64,000 bases of DNA, taken from assembly GCA_044344255.1 (NCBI GenBank), contig JBIJDH010000004.1:416001-480000 (forward strand), given 5' to 3'. The stretch's first letter is position 1; each line of letters begins with the position of its first letter. The translations under genes were made by a program, and so were the position numbers. Below the pieces are notes generated by a model. It saw nothing but the letters and a program-made list of their open reading frames with translations. It did not search any database and was not told where the DNA came from. The stretch is from Myxococcota bacterium (lineage in GTDB: Bacteria; Myxococcota_A; UBA796; UBA2385). Positions 18,100-27,451 of this stretch are shown here, piece after piece.

Positions 18100-19230
18100 G
18101 CGGCGGGTCTGGACGGGGACGAAGCCCTCGTCCATCCGGAAGCCGAGCCAGCCCTCGTCGAGCCGCGCCTTGATCAGCCAGCCATCGACGACGCGGCCGA
18201 TCGGGGCGGGCGGCTCGAGGGGCAGCCGCGCTCGGATGAGCTCGACTCGACCGTCCACGAGTGCGGCGCCGAAGATCTCACTGTGATCAGCGTGGAGCTC
18301 GATGCGCGCCCCGCGCTCGAGGGGAGAATAGGAGGTGTCACCCATGAAGACGGTGAAGCCTTCGTCTACGACCATGGATGGACAGTCTCCGGTCGGGGTG
18401 TGCCCGACCACGAGGCGGCGGATCCCCTCCGCTTGGAGGTGGGCGCGCAGCCGGGCCGGCAGGGCGATCGGCTCTCCTCGCCGGTTCACCGGCCTCGTGT
18501 AGACGACGCTGCGGTTGTTGGCGCGGGTCCCCGGCAAGGGGGCCTGGTACTGGATGAGGGCGTGGTGTCGCGCCTCGGTGGGCGCGGCCCGGTAGGCCGC
18601 CAGCTCGGCGACGAGGAAGGCGTTGAGCGCCGCCAACCAGCTGTCCACGGTGGGCAGCCGCTCCCGACCGGGCACCACCCCGAGGTTCTCCTCCGTCACC
18701 CCACCGTGGAGGAAGAGCACGTCCCGCCAACGCCAGCCGAGGCGCGCGGCCGAGAGGTAGGCGAAGAGTGAACCGTCCGGCGGGGCCACCTCGGCGAGGA
18801 AGGAGGCCACCACCGCGTCGTCGTCCGCCCCGCCGAGCTCGGCGGCGCGATGGGCGAAGGCGTCTGGCGCCCCCATTGTTCGGGTGAGGATGTGCTGGAG
18901 CCGGAGGGGCAGGGGATCGGGCGCGCCGGTCGGCGGGTGAGCGCCGAGCTCGCGGGGGAGGCGGAGCTTGTTGATGTCACGGTTGCCGGCGAGCAGCACC
19001 ACTTGACCGGGGGCCGCTCGGTGGGCCTCGACCAGCGCGCGCACGAGCCGCAGCCCCGCGGGCCCGCGATCGACGGTGTCGCCCCCATAGACGAAGAGGG
19101 CGTCAGGGTGCAGCCAGAGCCGGCTCCCCTCCAGCCTCACCCAGGCGCAGCCTTCAAGGGCCTCCCCGAGCTTCTCCCAGCGCCCCTCGAGGTCCGTCAC
19201 ATAGACGACAGGGCCGGCTGGGGTGGCCAT
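18040..19230 (-). CDS. Calcineurin-like metallophosphoesterase (variant motifs)
   Basis: TDLEG, GGDTVDRG, GNRD, FLHGG, GHTP. Confidence 0.8.
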   Translation of the reverse strand: MATPAGPVVYVTDLEGRWEKLGEALEGCAWVRLEGSRLWLHPDALFVYGGDTVDRGPAGLRLVRALVEAHRAAPGQVVLLAGNRDINKLRLPRELGAHPPTGAPDPLPLRLQHILTRTMGAPDAFAHRAAELGGADDDAVVASFLAEVAPPDGSLFAYLSAARLGWRWRDVLFLHGGVTEENLGVVPGRERLPTVDSWLAALNAFLVAELAAYRAAPTEARHHALIQYQAPLPGTRANNRSVVYTRPVNRRGEPIALPARLRAHLQAEGIRRLVVGHTPTGDCPSMVVDEGFTVFMGDTSYSPLERGARIELHADHSEIFGAALVDGRVELIRARLPLEPPAPIGRVVDGWLIKARLDEGWLGFRMDEGFVPVQTRRSGGGGPALDLPADGEDPPA

Positions 19231-19239
19231 CGCGCCCGC

Positions 19240-21312
19240 TCAGAGCGCGGCGAGCCCGACGACGAGGTCATCGCTGCCGAGGACCGCGGTGATGAGGGTG
19301 CCCCCGTCCGGGCTCACCCAAGCCGCAGACTCGGTGGCGACGAAGTCGACCGGAAAATTATACAGGTCAAAGCCTGTAGATGGAGTGCCGATTGCCACCC
19401 AGGCGTCTCCGCCCTGGGTCGCGAAGGAGATGACTAGCTCCGCGCTGGCCGCGCTCCAGACCGCGTGGACCGAGACCGGCGTGTACCCGCTCGCCATCGA
19501 CGTGACCACGCCCCCCGGCTGAATGATGACGATCCCGTTGGTGTTGCCGTCCGCGACGATGGTCCAGGGCCCAGTGGGCGTGTCGCGGGGGACATCGATG
19601 GCCAGCGGATCGATCACCGTCTCGGTGTCCACCTCCGTGAACAGAGGAGGGTCGGCGGTGGTGGTCCAGGTGTCGGTCTGCAACGCGTCGTCGGCGCCAT
19701 AGAGGAGGGTGCCCGTCGTCGCGCTGCCATCGTAGAAGTGGAGCTCGCAGGCCGCGGCCTCGATGCCCTCATACTCATCGGCGGTGTTGTACGTGAGGGC
19801 CGCCACCTCCGCTGGCGAACCGGCGATGAGCTGGGCCACGTCGGTGTTCGATTCACAGCCGATGGCGGTGAGGTAGCCCGTGGAGTCCTGGGCCACCGCG
19901 ATGTCCTCGAAGGCGGTTCGGGACTCGATCGCCGTGCTCACCGGGTAGTTGACGCCGTAGCGCTTCCCGGTGGAGAAGGTGTATCCGCCGAGGCGGATCG
20001 AGCGGCTGGTCGCGGCCTGGATGCCGGTGGCGCCGTAGAGGTCGGTCTCGGTGACGAGGATGTCGTGGCCCGCGGTGAGCGTGAAGGCGGGATCGGCGAG
20101 GTTGCGCTGCCAGTCGATGACCGAGACGAGGCCGGTGGCGGGGTCGGCGGGGGCGGCGCGGTCCCACTGGATGGCCAGTGCGGAGTCATAGAAGTGGGAG
20201 CTGGAGCCGCCCCGCTCGATGACCGACTCGTCGGTCGCCACAGACAGGAAGACCGAGCTCGAGTTTTCGGCGAAGACGAGATCGTGCGGGTTGCTCCAGG
20301 TGAGCGAGACATAGTCGTCGTTGTAGTGCTCGACCCCGTAGAAGGTCATCGTGTCTTGGCCGCCGTCGCAGTCCGAGTCGGCGCTGTCCGCGAGGGTCTC
20401 GATGGCCCCCGGGTAGGCGGTGGCGTCCTCGTCGTCGCAGTCGCCCGCAGGCAGCAGGCCCGTCCCCTCGACGTCTTCGGTGGGCAGGCCGCTCGAGGCG
20501 TCCTCGACGAGGCCGTCCCCGTCCTGGTCGAAGTCGTCGTTGAGCCCGCAGTCGGAGTCGAGGGCGTCGTACCAGGTGTCAACCTCGCCGGGGTTTCGCT
20601 CGGCCAGCAGATCATCGCAGTCCCCGGCGGGCAGGGCGTCAATGTCTTCGGCGTAGATGGTCTCGAAGTCCGTGTACTCGTCGGGCGTGTATCCGTCTCC
20701 GTCCTGGTCGAAGTCGCTGTTGCCACCGCAGTCGGTGTCGACACCGTCGTACCAGGTGTCCGTCATGTGCGGCCCGACGTCGATGTCTTCGTCGTCACAG
20801 TCGCCGCCGGGCAGGGTGCCGGTGCCGGCGATACCCTCGGTGGCGCGCCCGATGTTCTCGTTGGAGACGGAGCCGTCGGCGTCCTGGTCGAAGTCGTCGT
20901 TGCCCGCGCAGTCGGAGTCGGTGCCATCGTAGAAGGCGTCGGCGGCGCTCGGGAAGGTGTCGGGGCTGGCGTCGTCGCAGTCCCCTCCGGGGAGGGCGCC
21001 GGTCCCAGGCACGCCAGCGGTGGCGAGGCCGACGGAGGCGTCCTCGACGTACCCGTCACCGTCCTGGTCGTAGTCATCGCCGCCCAGACAGTCTTCGTCG
21101 ACTCCATTGTACCAGATCTCTGAGGCGCCCGGGAACACCTCTCCGTCCCCGTCGTTACAGTCCTCGGCGGCGGCGTAACCGTCTCCGTCGTCATCGAGGC
21201 TCGACTTGTGGCCCTCTACGTCTGTGGCGGAGATCCATGTGCAGCCGCCGAGCAGCCAAAGCAGCGCTGCGAGCGATTGACCGGGGACCGAGCGTCCTGT
21301 CACTCTGACCAT
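19240..21312 (-). CDS. Lipoprotein with about 5 Asp-rich Cys 'putative metal-binding' (MopE-like) repeats and an unknown C-terminal domain
   Basis: Lipobox LLGGC; repeats DQDGDG..GDCDD..P...WYDG.D.DC. Confidence 0.8.
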   Translation of the reverse strand: MVRVTGRSVPGQSLAALLWLLGGCTWISATDVEGHKSSLDDDGDGYAAAEDCNDGDGEVFPGASEIWYNGVDEDCLGGDDYDQDGDGYVEDASVGLATAGVPGTGALPGGDCDDASPDTFPSAADAFYDGTDSDCAGNDDFDQDADGSVSNENIGRATEGIAGTGTLPGGDCDDEDIDVGPHMTDTWYDGVDTDCGGNSDFDQDGDGYTPDEYTDFETIYAEDIDALPAGDCDDLLAERNPGEVDTWYDALDSDCGLNDDFDQDGDGLVEDASSGLPTEDVEGTGLLPAGDCDDEDATAYPGAIETLADSADSDCDGGQDTMTFYGVEHYNDDYVSLTWSNPHDLVFAENSSSVFLSVATDESVIERGGSSSHFYDSALAIQWDRAAPADPATGLVSVIDWQRNLADPAFTLTAGHDILVTETDLYGATGIQAATSRSIRLGGYTFSTGKRYGVNYPVSTAIESRTAFEDIAVAQDSTGYLTAIGCESNTDVAQLIAGSPAEVAALTYNTADEYEGIEAAACELHFYDGSATTGTLLYGADDALQTDTWTTTADPPLFTEVDTETVIDPLAIDVPRDTPTGPWTIVADGNTNGIVIIQPGGVVTSMASGYTPVSVHAVWSAASAELVISFATQGGDAWVAIGTPSTGFDLYNFPVDFVATESAAWVSPDGGTLITAVLGSDDLVVGLAAL

Positions 21313-21350
21313 CTACGCCTCCAAGTTGCTTACCATACCACGGCACCCCC

Positions 21351-24300
21351 TCAGGGGCGGCGGGGGCTCGGCGGCCCGCTGATGGCCGACATCGCGTTCT
21401 TCGTGGCGGATCGTACGTCGGCGTCTCGATCGCCCACCAGCTTGACCAGGGGGATCAAGCTGCTCTTGTCTCCGACCGCTCCGATGGCGCGGACCGCCGC
21501 CAGCCGCACCGCGGGGTCCGGGCTGGAGAAGAGCCGGATGAGCGCGTCAGGCGGAGCGCCGTCTCCCAAGGCCTCGACGACCCGGCAGGCGGCCACCTCG
21601 GCGTCGGCCTGCCCGGAGCTCAACCACTGACCGAGTCGCTCGCGGTCGGCGTCGTCGAGCTCGAGTAGGGCCAGGGCGCGCAGCCCGCGGGAGACCAGAT
21701 CCGGGTCGAAGAGATCGGCCCATGGATCGGGCGAGGCGACGGCCTCGCTCGCGGTGGGCAGAACCGGTGGCGGGAGCACCGGTGGTGGAGGCGGCGAGGA
21801 GAGGCGGGCGGGCGGGCCGACCGCAGGCGGGCGCGTCGGCGATGGCTCGGGCACGATCGGCGGGGCCGGGATGGAGGGGGCGACCTCCACCGCGGGCGCC
21901 GGGTCGTCATCGGTGTCGGAGTGCCAGGTCGGCAATGCGGCCGTCGGCTCGTCAAGGCCCGATCCGAAGCTGCCGTGGGCCTCCTCCGCCGCGGCGAGCT
22001 CGTCGTCTTCGGGCTCCTCGAGCGGGTCTGGCTCCTCGAGCGGGTCTGGCTCCTCGAGCTCGTCGGGCTCGTCGGGCTCGAACCGGCGACCCTCGAAGGT
22101 GCCGGTGTCGAAGGCGAAGCCATCATAGATCCCCGAGTCTTCACTTCGATCGGCCGAGAGGTAGATCGGCGCCTGCCGGTCATCCTCGGGGAACGCGCGG
22201 GAGGTGGAGTCCAGCTCGGTGCGTGTGTTGACGCGGAAGCTGCTGTGCGGTGCGGCCACCGTCCGTGGGCTCTCTTCGGAGTGATCGTCGGACTCGACCC
22301 CTTCGATGAGGGAGTCGGTGCCCTCGGGTTGTTCGAAGACCTGTTCGAAGACCTGTTCGAAGACTTGTTCGAAGACCGGTTCGAAGGTCCCGCCAAAGCG
22401 GAGCTCGAGGTGCTCGGCGGAGCGCCCCTCGAAGACCCGCGGGGCCCCGATGTGGTAGGCGCCGGAGGCCTGCTCGAGGATCTCGATGTCGTCGTCTTCG
22501 TGGGCGTCGATGGCGTCTGGCACCACCGGGGGCGGCGGCAGCGGGGCCCGCACCGAGGCGGGGAGAGCGAAGGGCAGGGCCACCTCTTCGAGCAGCGCGC
22601 CGATCGTGGGTTCGCCAGGCTCGTCCGCCGCATCAAAGGCCTGCGAGGCCTCGTCTAAGGTGAGGTCGGCCGTGCCCTCGTGCTCGTCGTGCTCGTCGAG
22701 CTGCTCGTCGTCGAAGAGCAGCTCGACCGTGCCCTCGAAGGGCGATCGGACGAGGGGCGCAGGGGAACCCCCGGCGTCGAGTGAGGCGACGTCAAAGATG
22801 CCGGTCTGCCCCTCGGCGTCGACCGCCTCCAGCAGGGAGCTGATCGTGCCCTCTTCGGCCGGCGCCTCGGCGTCCCCGGCAGAGGTGTCGACCAGGTCTG
22901 AGCTGATGTGGAGCTCGTCGACCCCGTCCAGCGCCTCCAGCGGCTCTTCTCCAGGGAGGAGGAGGTCGGGGATCGCGGCGGGAGCGGCGTCGCTCTCGGC
23001 GGGCGAGCCACCGGGGTGGGGCATGACCGTAGCGGCCTCGAAGACGTCCTCGAGGAACAGCGAGACGGTGTGCTCTCCGCCAGCGTCGACGGCGGTCGCT
23101 GGGTCGTCGTCGAGCTCGATCCGAGGCAGGAGCGGGGGAGGCTCGCCGAGGTTGGCGGAGGGCTCGCCGCTGCCCGGCGCCGCGGTGAGGGGCGCGCCCC
23201 GTTCGACCGGGGTGAGCTCAGGCGCATCCTGCTCGGGCGCGGCCCGCTCCGCTTCGTCGGGCTCAAGCTCCGCCTCGTCGGGCTCGAGCTCGGCGTCCAG
23301 CTCCTCCGCCTCGTCGAGCCCTTCGGCCTCCTCTCCGCGGACGGGGAGCGGGGCGCGCTCGGCCGGGAGCTGGGCGGTGGCCTCATCGAGGAAGGCGGAG
23401 AGGGTGTCTTCGGGGGACTCCTCCTCCCGCGCGGGTTGGGCGGCGAAGCCCAGCCCACCAAACCCGAGGGGGGCCGCCGGCGCTCGACCGCCGCCGATGG
23501 GGCGGGGGCTCGACGGTCGGCTGATCATCGGGGCGCCGCCGCCCGGGGCGCTGGCGCCGCCGAGGGGCGTCAGCGGGGGCCGCTCCCAGGCAGCGGGGAG
23601 CAGCTCGTCGAACCAACCGGCGTCGCGGACCAGCTCTCCGCGGGTGGTGGACAACAGCCAGACCCCGCCATCGCGACGGATGATGTACTGGCCGTCGCGC
23701 ACGCTCCATTGCAGGCCATGCACCTCGGCGTCCGCTTGATCGATCGCGTCTACGAGCGCCTGGAGCTGATCGACGTTGTGGGGGTCGATCTCGGCTGCGG
23801 CGCGCAGTGTGCGCTCGCGGAAGCTGGGCTCGACACGGGCCGCCTGAAAGGCCCGGCTGACCCGCGCCTGCTGCTCGGCGCTCCAAGGCTCGATGCTCTC
23901 GGCGGTGATGCGGGTCCGTCCGTCCGGGGGCTGGGCGCGGAGGTATCGACCCGTCTTGAGGGCCGCCTTGGCGGCGCTGCCCACCGGTCCGTCGAAGGCG
24001 GCGAGGCGGCGCAGCGTCCCGATGGCGCGACGGTCTCCACAGCGCCCCAGGGCCTCCACCGCCGCGGTGACAACGTCACGGCTGCCGTCCGAGACCAGGC
24101 GGATGAGGGCGGGGGTGGCCGCGGAGAGGGCGAGGAGGCCAAGGGCGTCCGCGGCGGCCTCTCGGACCGCGGGTCGCTCGTGGCGGGTGGCCTGCTCCAC
24201 CTTGCTGAAGACCGCGACCCGATTCGCCTCTCCGATGGCCCGCAACGCCCGCGCGACGACGTCGGGGTCCGGGTTGGCGAGCAGCGCGTCGAGATCGGGC

Positions 24301-26060
24301 GTGGGGGATCGTCGGGCGAGGGCGCCGGCGGCCTCCAGGCGGACCTCCCAGGCGCCGTCCTCCCGGAAGAGCGCGCGGCGCACCCGCCGCCCCCGGCGAC
24401 CCCCCATACCGTCGAGGTGACGAGCCACCGCGCGACGGAGCTCCGCGCGCTCGGAGGTCGCGAGGGCGGCGACCGCGGCGTAGGCGCCGACGTCTCCTGC
24501 GGTGGCGAGGGCCGTGATCGCGGTGAGGGCGGTGGCCTCGCCGGCCAGCGCGCCGCGGACCGCGAGGCGAGCGGCCCGCCCGGGGACGCGGGCGAGGCAA
24601 CGGAGGGCCTCACAGGCCACCTCGTGGGCACCGCTTCGAGTGAGCTCGAGGAGGAAGGGGAGCAGGCCGGGGCGACCGGAGCCCCCGATGGCACGGACGG
24701 CGAGGGCGCGGACCGCCCAAGAGCGCCCGGAGTTCGCGATCTCGAAGAGGAGATCGAGCAGGCCGGGGATGGCCCGGCTGGGCCACGCGCCGAGGATGAG
24801 CAGGGCGGCGGCGCCAGCGGCCGAGGCGTCGTCGCCGCGGAGGCGGTCGAGCGCCCGTGCCGAGAAGCCGGGGATCGCCACCATTCCGCGGGTGCTCCCG
24901 GCGCGGCGGTCGAGGCGCAGCGCCTGGAGGGGACCGTCGAGCGGGCTCTCGCCGTCGGCGAGGGTCTCTTCGGCCATCAGCAGGAGGTCGTCCTCTTCGA
25001 GATCGTCCTCCCAGACGGGCTCGGAGAGGCTGCCGGTGTCGGTGGCCTCCTCCTCTGGGCTGAGCAGGCCCGGCGTGGAGAGCAGGTCCTGGCCGAGCTC
25101 GCTGACCAAGGCCCAGTCGGGGACCCCGTTGGGATCGCTTCCATCGGGCCAGAGGTCGGGATCGGTGAGGCTGCCGGTCACCTCGAGGGCCGCGAGGAGG
25201 CGCCTCGCGACGTCGCGCTCGCGGGCGTCCCCGCTCTGCAGCACACCCTGCGCTGCGGGGATCACCTCATCGAGCACGGCCAGATCTCGCTCGGCGAGCG
25301 TGCGCAGCAGCTCCATCGCGCCTGCGGGCACGACGCCGGCCTCGGTGAGGGCGTGGAGGCGGACGGCGTGCTTGACCGCCAGACCGGCGCCAGCGCGCAG
25401 GAGGGCGGGGGAGGGGCCTACCCGATCGATGCCCTGGAGGAGGTCGGCCAGCTCCGGCTCGGTGGTCGGAGGCTGTGCGCGGGACGGCGGAGCGAGGACG
25501 GGCAGGTCGGGGGGCGGATCGAGCACAGCGCCGGGATCGGCCCCCCAGCCCGCTTCCAACGGGGGGAAGAGCTCGGCGCCGGCCTCGCCGGCGACCACGC
25601 GCCCCTCCAGCGTGCCGAGCAGCGCAGAGGGATCTTCGGCGGCGGGCCGGGAGTCGGGCAGCGCGCGGAGGAGCTCGGACACCACGCGACAGAGGTCGTC
25701 GTGCTCGGTGCACTCGAGGTCCGGCTGGCCCCAGGTCCACTCGAGCTCGACGCGGTCTTCGCCTTGGCCGTCCAGGGGGCGTACTCGGAGATCGAGGATC
25801 GAACGCCAACGCCGTCGGCCCCATCGAGCGCCGACGTCCGCGAGGGCCCGGTGCTCGGCCGGGAGGAGGGGCAGGCGTCGCCGGAGGACCAGCCTCAGGC
25901 GCTGGCCTCGGATCGGGTGGGTGTCCGGCTCGCCGGCGTCGGAGCGGTCGAACCGCTCGAGTCGCGGGCCCTCAGTCCTCGCGCTCTCCGACCGCCCGTC
26001 TTCGTTGCGCGATCCGTCCGTCCTCCCGCTCGAGGACCTCAAGGGGTCACCACGGTCCAC
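21351..26060 (-). CDS. Large HEAT/PBS-lyase repeat protein with long acidic disordered region
   Basis: HEAT repeats (VRLEAAGAL, VREAAADALG, VRLAAVRAIG) flanking about 600 aa of D/E/P/A-rich sequence; start uncertain. Confidence 0.75.
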   Translation of the reverse strand: MDRGDPLRSSSGRTDGSRNEDGRSESARTEGPRLERFDRSDAGEPDTHPIRGQRLRLVLRRRLPLLPAEHRALADVGARWGRRRWRSILDLRVRPLDGQGEDRVELEWTWGQPDLECTEHDDLCRVVSELLRALPDSRPAAEDPSALLGTLEGRVVAGEAGAELFPPLEAGWGADPGAVLDPPPDLPVLAPPSRAQPPTTEPELADLLQGIDRVGPSPALLRAGAGLAVKHAVRLHALTEAGVVPAGAMELLRTLAERDLAVLDEVIPAAQGVLQSGDARERDVARRLLAALEVTGSLTDPDLWPDGSDPNGVPDWALVSELGQDLLSTPGLLSPEEEATDTGSLSEPVWEDDLEEDDLLLMAEETLADGESPLDGPLQALRLDRRAGSTRGMVAIPGFSARALDRLRGDDASAAGAAALLILGAWPSRAIPGLLDLLFEIANSGRSWAVRALAVRAIGGSGRPGLLPFLLELTRSGAHEVACEALRCLARVPGRAARLAVRGALAGEATALTAITALATAGDVGAYAAVAALATSERAELRRAVARHLDGMGGRRGRRVRRALFREDGAWEVRLEAAGALARRSPTPDLDALLANPDPDVVARALRAIGEANRVAVFSKVEQATRHERPAVREAAADALGLLALSAATPALIRLVSDGSRDVVTAAVEALGRCGDRRAIGTLRRLAAFDGPVGSAAKAALKTGRYLRAQPPDGRTRITAESIEPWSAEQQARVSRAFQAARVEPSFRERTLRAAAEIDPHNVDQLQALVDAIDQADAEVHGLQWSVRDGQYIIRRDGGVWLLSTTRGELVRDAGWFDELLPAAWERPPLTPLGGASAPGGGAPMISRPSSPRPIGGGRAPAAPLGFGGLGFAAQPAREEESPEDTLSAFLDEATAQLPAERAPLPVRGEEAEGLDEAEELDAELEPDEAELEPDEAERAAPEQDAPELTPVERGAPLTAAPGSGEPSANLGEPPPLLPRIELDDDPATAVDAGGEHTVSLFLEDVFEAATVMPHPGGSPAESDAAPAAIPDLLLPGEEPLEALDGVDELHISSDLVDTSAGDAEAPAEEGTISSLLEAVDAEGQTGIFDVASLDAGGSPAPLVRSPFEGTVELLFDDEQLDEHDEHEGTADLTLDEASQAFDAADEPGEPTIGALLEEVALPFALPASVRAPLPPPPVVPDAIDAHEDDDIEILEQASGAYHIGAPRVFEGRSAEHLELRFGGTFEPVFEQVFEQVFEQVFEQPEGTDSLIEGVESDDHSEESPRTVAAPHSSFRVNTRTELDSTSRAFPEDDRQAPIYLSADRSEDSGIYDGFAFDTGTFEGRRFEPDEPDELEEPDPLEEPDPLEEPEDDELAAAEEAHGSFGSGLDEPTAALPTWHSDTDDDPAPAVEVAPSIPAPPIVPEPSPTRPPAVGPPARLSSPPPPPVLPPPVLPTASEAVASPDPWADLFDPDLVSRGLRALALLELDDADRERLGQWLSSGQADAEVAACRVVEALGDGAPPDALIRLFSSPDPAVRLAAVRAIGAVGDKSSLIPLVKLVGDRDADVRSATKNAMSAISGPPSPRRP
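22330..22386. repeat. 12-bp in-frame tandem repeat (about 4.7 copies) encoding (VFEQ)n
   Basis: TGTTCGAAGACC units seen directly. Confidence 0.9.
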
Positions 26061-27448
26061 GCGCCGGGCATCGCGGCCTCGACCGAGCTCCGGACCTTCG
26101 AGAGGTCACCGACCACGACGATGAGCCCAGCGTTGTCGGGGTCGATGCCTTGGAGCGCCGCGTCTACGGCTGCGCGCTCCAGGCTGGCGCTGCGGCTGAG
26201 GCTGAGCGCGAGCGCCTCCGTCCCCAGTCCGACAGAGAACTGGCCCGCGTAGGTGCCCGCGATCCCGTCGTTGCTGCCCATCGCCTCGACCTGGTCTTGG
26301 CGGTGGGCGCCGACCGCCTTCGAGAGCTCCTCGGCCGTGATGCCCGCCTTGATCTTGCGGAGCTCACCCATGAGGTCGGTGAGGGCGGGGGCGGTGACCT
26401 CGCGCTGCACGGAGGTGGCGGCCACCATCGTCCCCATGGAGCGGCCGGAGTCGAGGCGGGCGCTGGCCCCGTAGGTGTAGCCCTTCTCTTCGCGGAGCAG
26501 GCGGTTGAGTCGGCTCGTGAAGGTGCCACCGAGGACGATCGCGCCCAGGCGGGCCGCGTCGAGGGAGGGGTCGGCGGCGGTCCAGCCGGGCATCACCACC
26601 CGGAGCACCGTCTGGGAGGCCTCGGGCATGTCCACGAAGATCCGCTTCGCGCCGAAGGTGGGGGGAGGGATGGGCGGGGCGACGGGGCCAGCGGCGGGCT
26701 TCCAGGCGCCGAAGTGCCGCTCGGCGAGGGCCTTGGCCTCCGAGGCGGGGACGGCTCCGGCGAAGAGGAGCAGCGAACCGTCGGTACGGGCCCGCCGGGT
26801 CCAGGAGGCGCGGAGCTGATCGACGCCGGTGGCCTGGACCCCCGCCGCGGTGCCGGTCGGCAGGTGCCCGAAGGGGTGCATCGCCCCGTAGAGCTCGCGC
26901 TGCGACACCTTGATCGCCGTGGTCCGCGCGTCGTCGGCCTCCTGGGCGATGTCGGCGAGGCGGAGCTCGCGCTGCTGCTCCACGGTGGCGGGGTCGAAGC
27001 GAGGGCGCTGCACCGCCTCCGCGAGGAGGGCGAGCCCGTCATCGAGCCGCGCGGCCTCACAGGTGAGGGAGATCACGGTGGCGGTGGTGTGGGTCGTCAC
27101 CTCGAGGTCGATGGCGAGCCGCTCGGCTCGCTCGGCGAAGGCGGCGGCGTCCCAGCTCCCGGCCCCGTGCAGCAGCAGGGTGTCGGCGAGGGAGGCCTCA
27201 CCCGGGCGGTCGACGGGATCGAGGGCGCTGCCCCCCGGGATCACGAGGCGGACGCTCACGAGCGGCAGCCCGGTGCGCTCGACGGTCCAGAGCTGGAGAC
27301 CGTTCGAGAGCGAGGGCTGGGCGACCGGGGCCGTGGGGGCCCACGCCGGCGAGGCGGCGACCATCGGACGGGGGCCGAGGAGGTCGGGGCCCGTGTCCGT
27401 CGGGTGTTTTTGGCAGGCGACGAGGAGCAGGAGGAGGGCGGCGAGCAT
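26039..27448 (-). CDS. M16B peptidase, non-catalytic subunit, lipoprotein
   Basis: Lipobox LLVAC; no HxxEH; SRLNRLLREEKGYTYG motif. Confidence 0.9.
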   Translation of the reverse strand: MLAALLLLLVACQKHPTDTGPDLLGPRPMVAASPAWAPTAPVAQPSLSNGLQLWTVERTGLPLVSVRLVIPGGSALDPVDRPGEASLADTLLLHGAGSWDAAAFAERAERLAIDLEVTTHTTATVISLTCEAARLDDGLALLAEAVQRPRFDPATVEQQRELRLADIAQEADDARTTAIKVSQRELYGAMHPFGHLPTGTAAGVQATGVDQLRASWTRRARTDGSLLLFAGAVPASEAKALAERHFGAWKPAAGPVAPPIPPPTFGAKRIFVDMPEASQTVLRVVMPGWTAADPSLDAARLGAIVLGGTFTSRLNRLLREEKGYTYGASARLDSGRSMGTMVAATSVQREVTAPALTDLMGELRKIKAGITAEELSKAVGAHRQDQVEAMGSNDGIAGTYAGQFSVGLGTEALALSLSRSASLERAAVDAALQGIDPDNAGLIVVVGDLSKVRSSVEAAMPGAWTVVTP

Positions 27449-27451
27449 GGA

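Noticed and set aside
22908..26252. 1114-aa plus-strand ORF and other long antisense ORFs (e.g. 25475-28432, 51530-54100, 53695-55584)
   Set aside because: Shadow frames of well-supported genes; high GC3 removes stops on the opposite strand; no recognisable motifs
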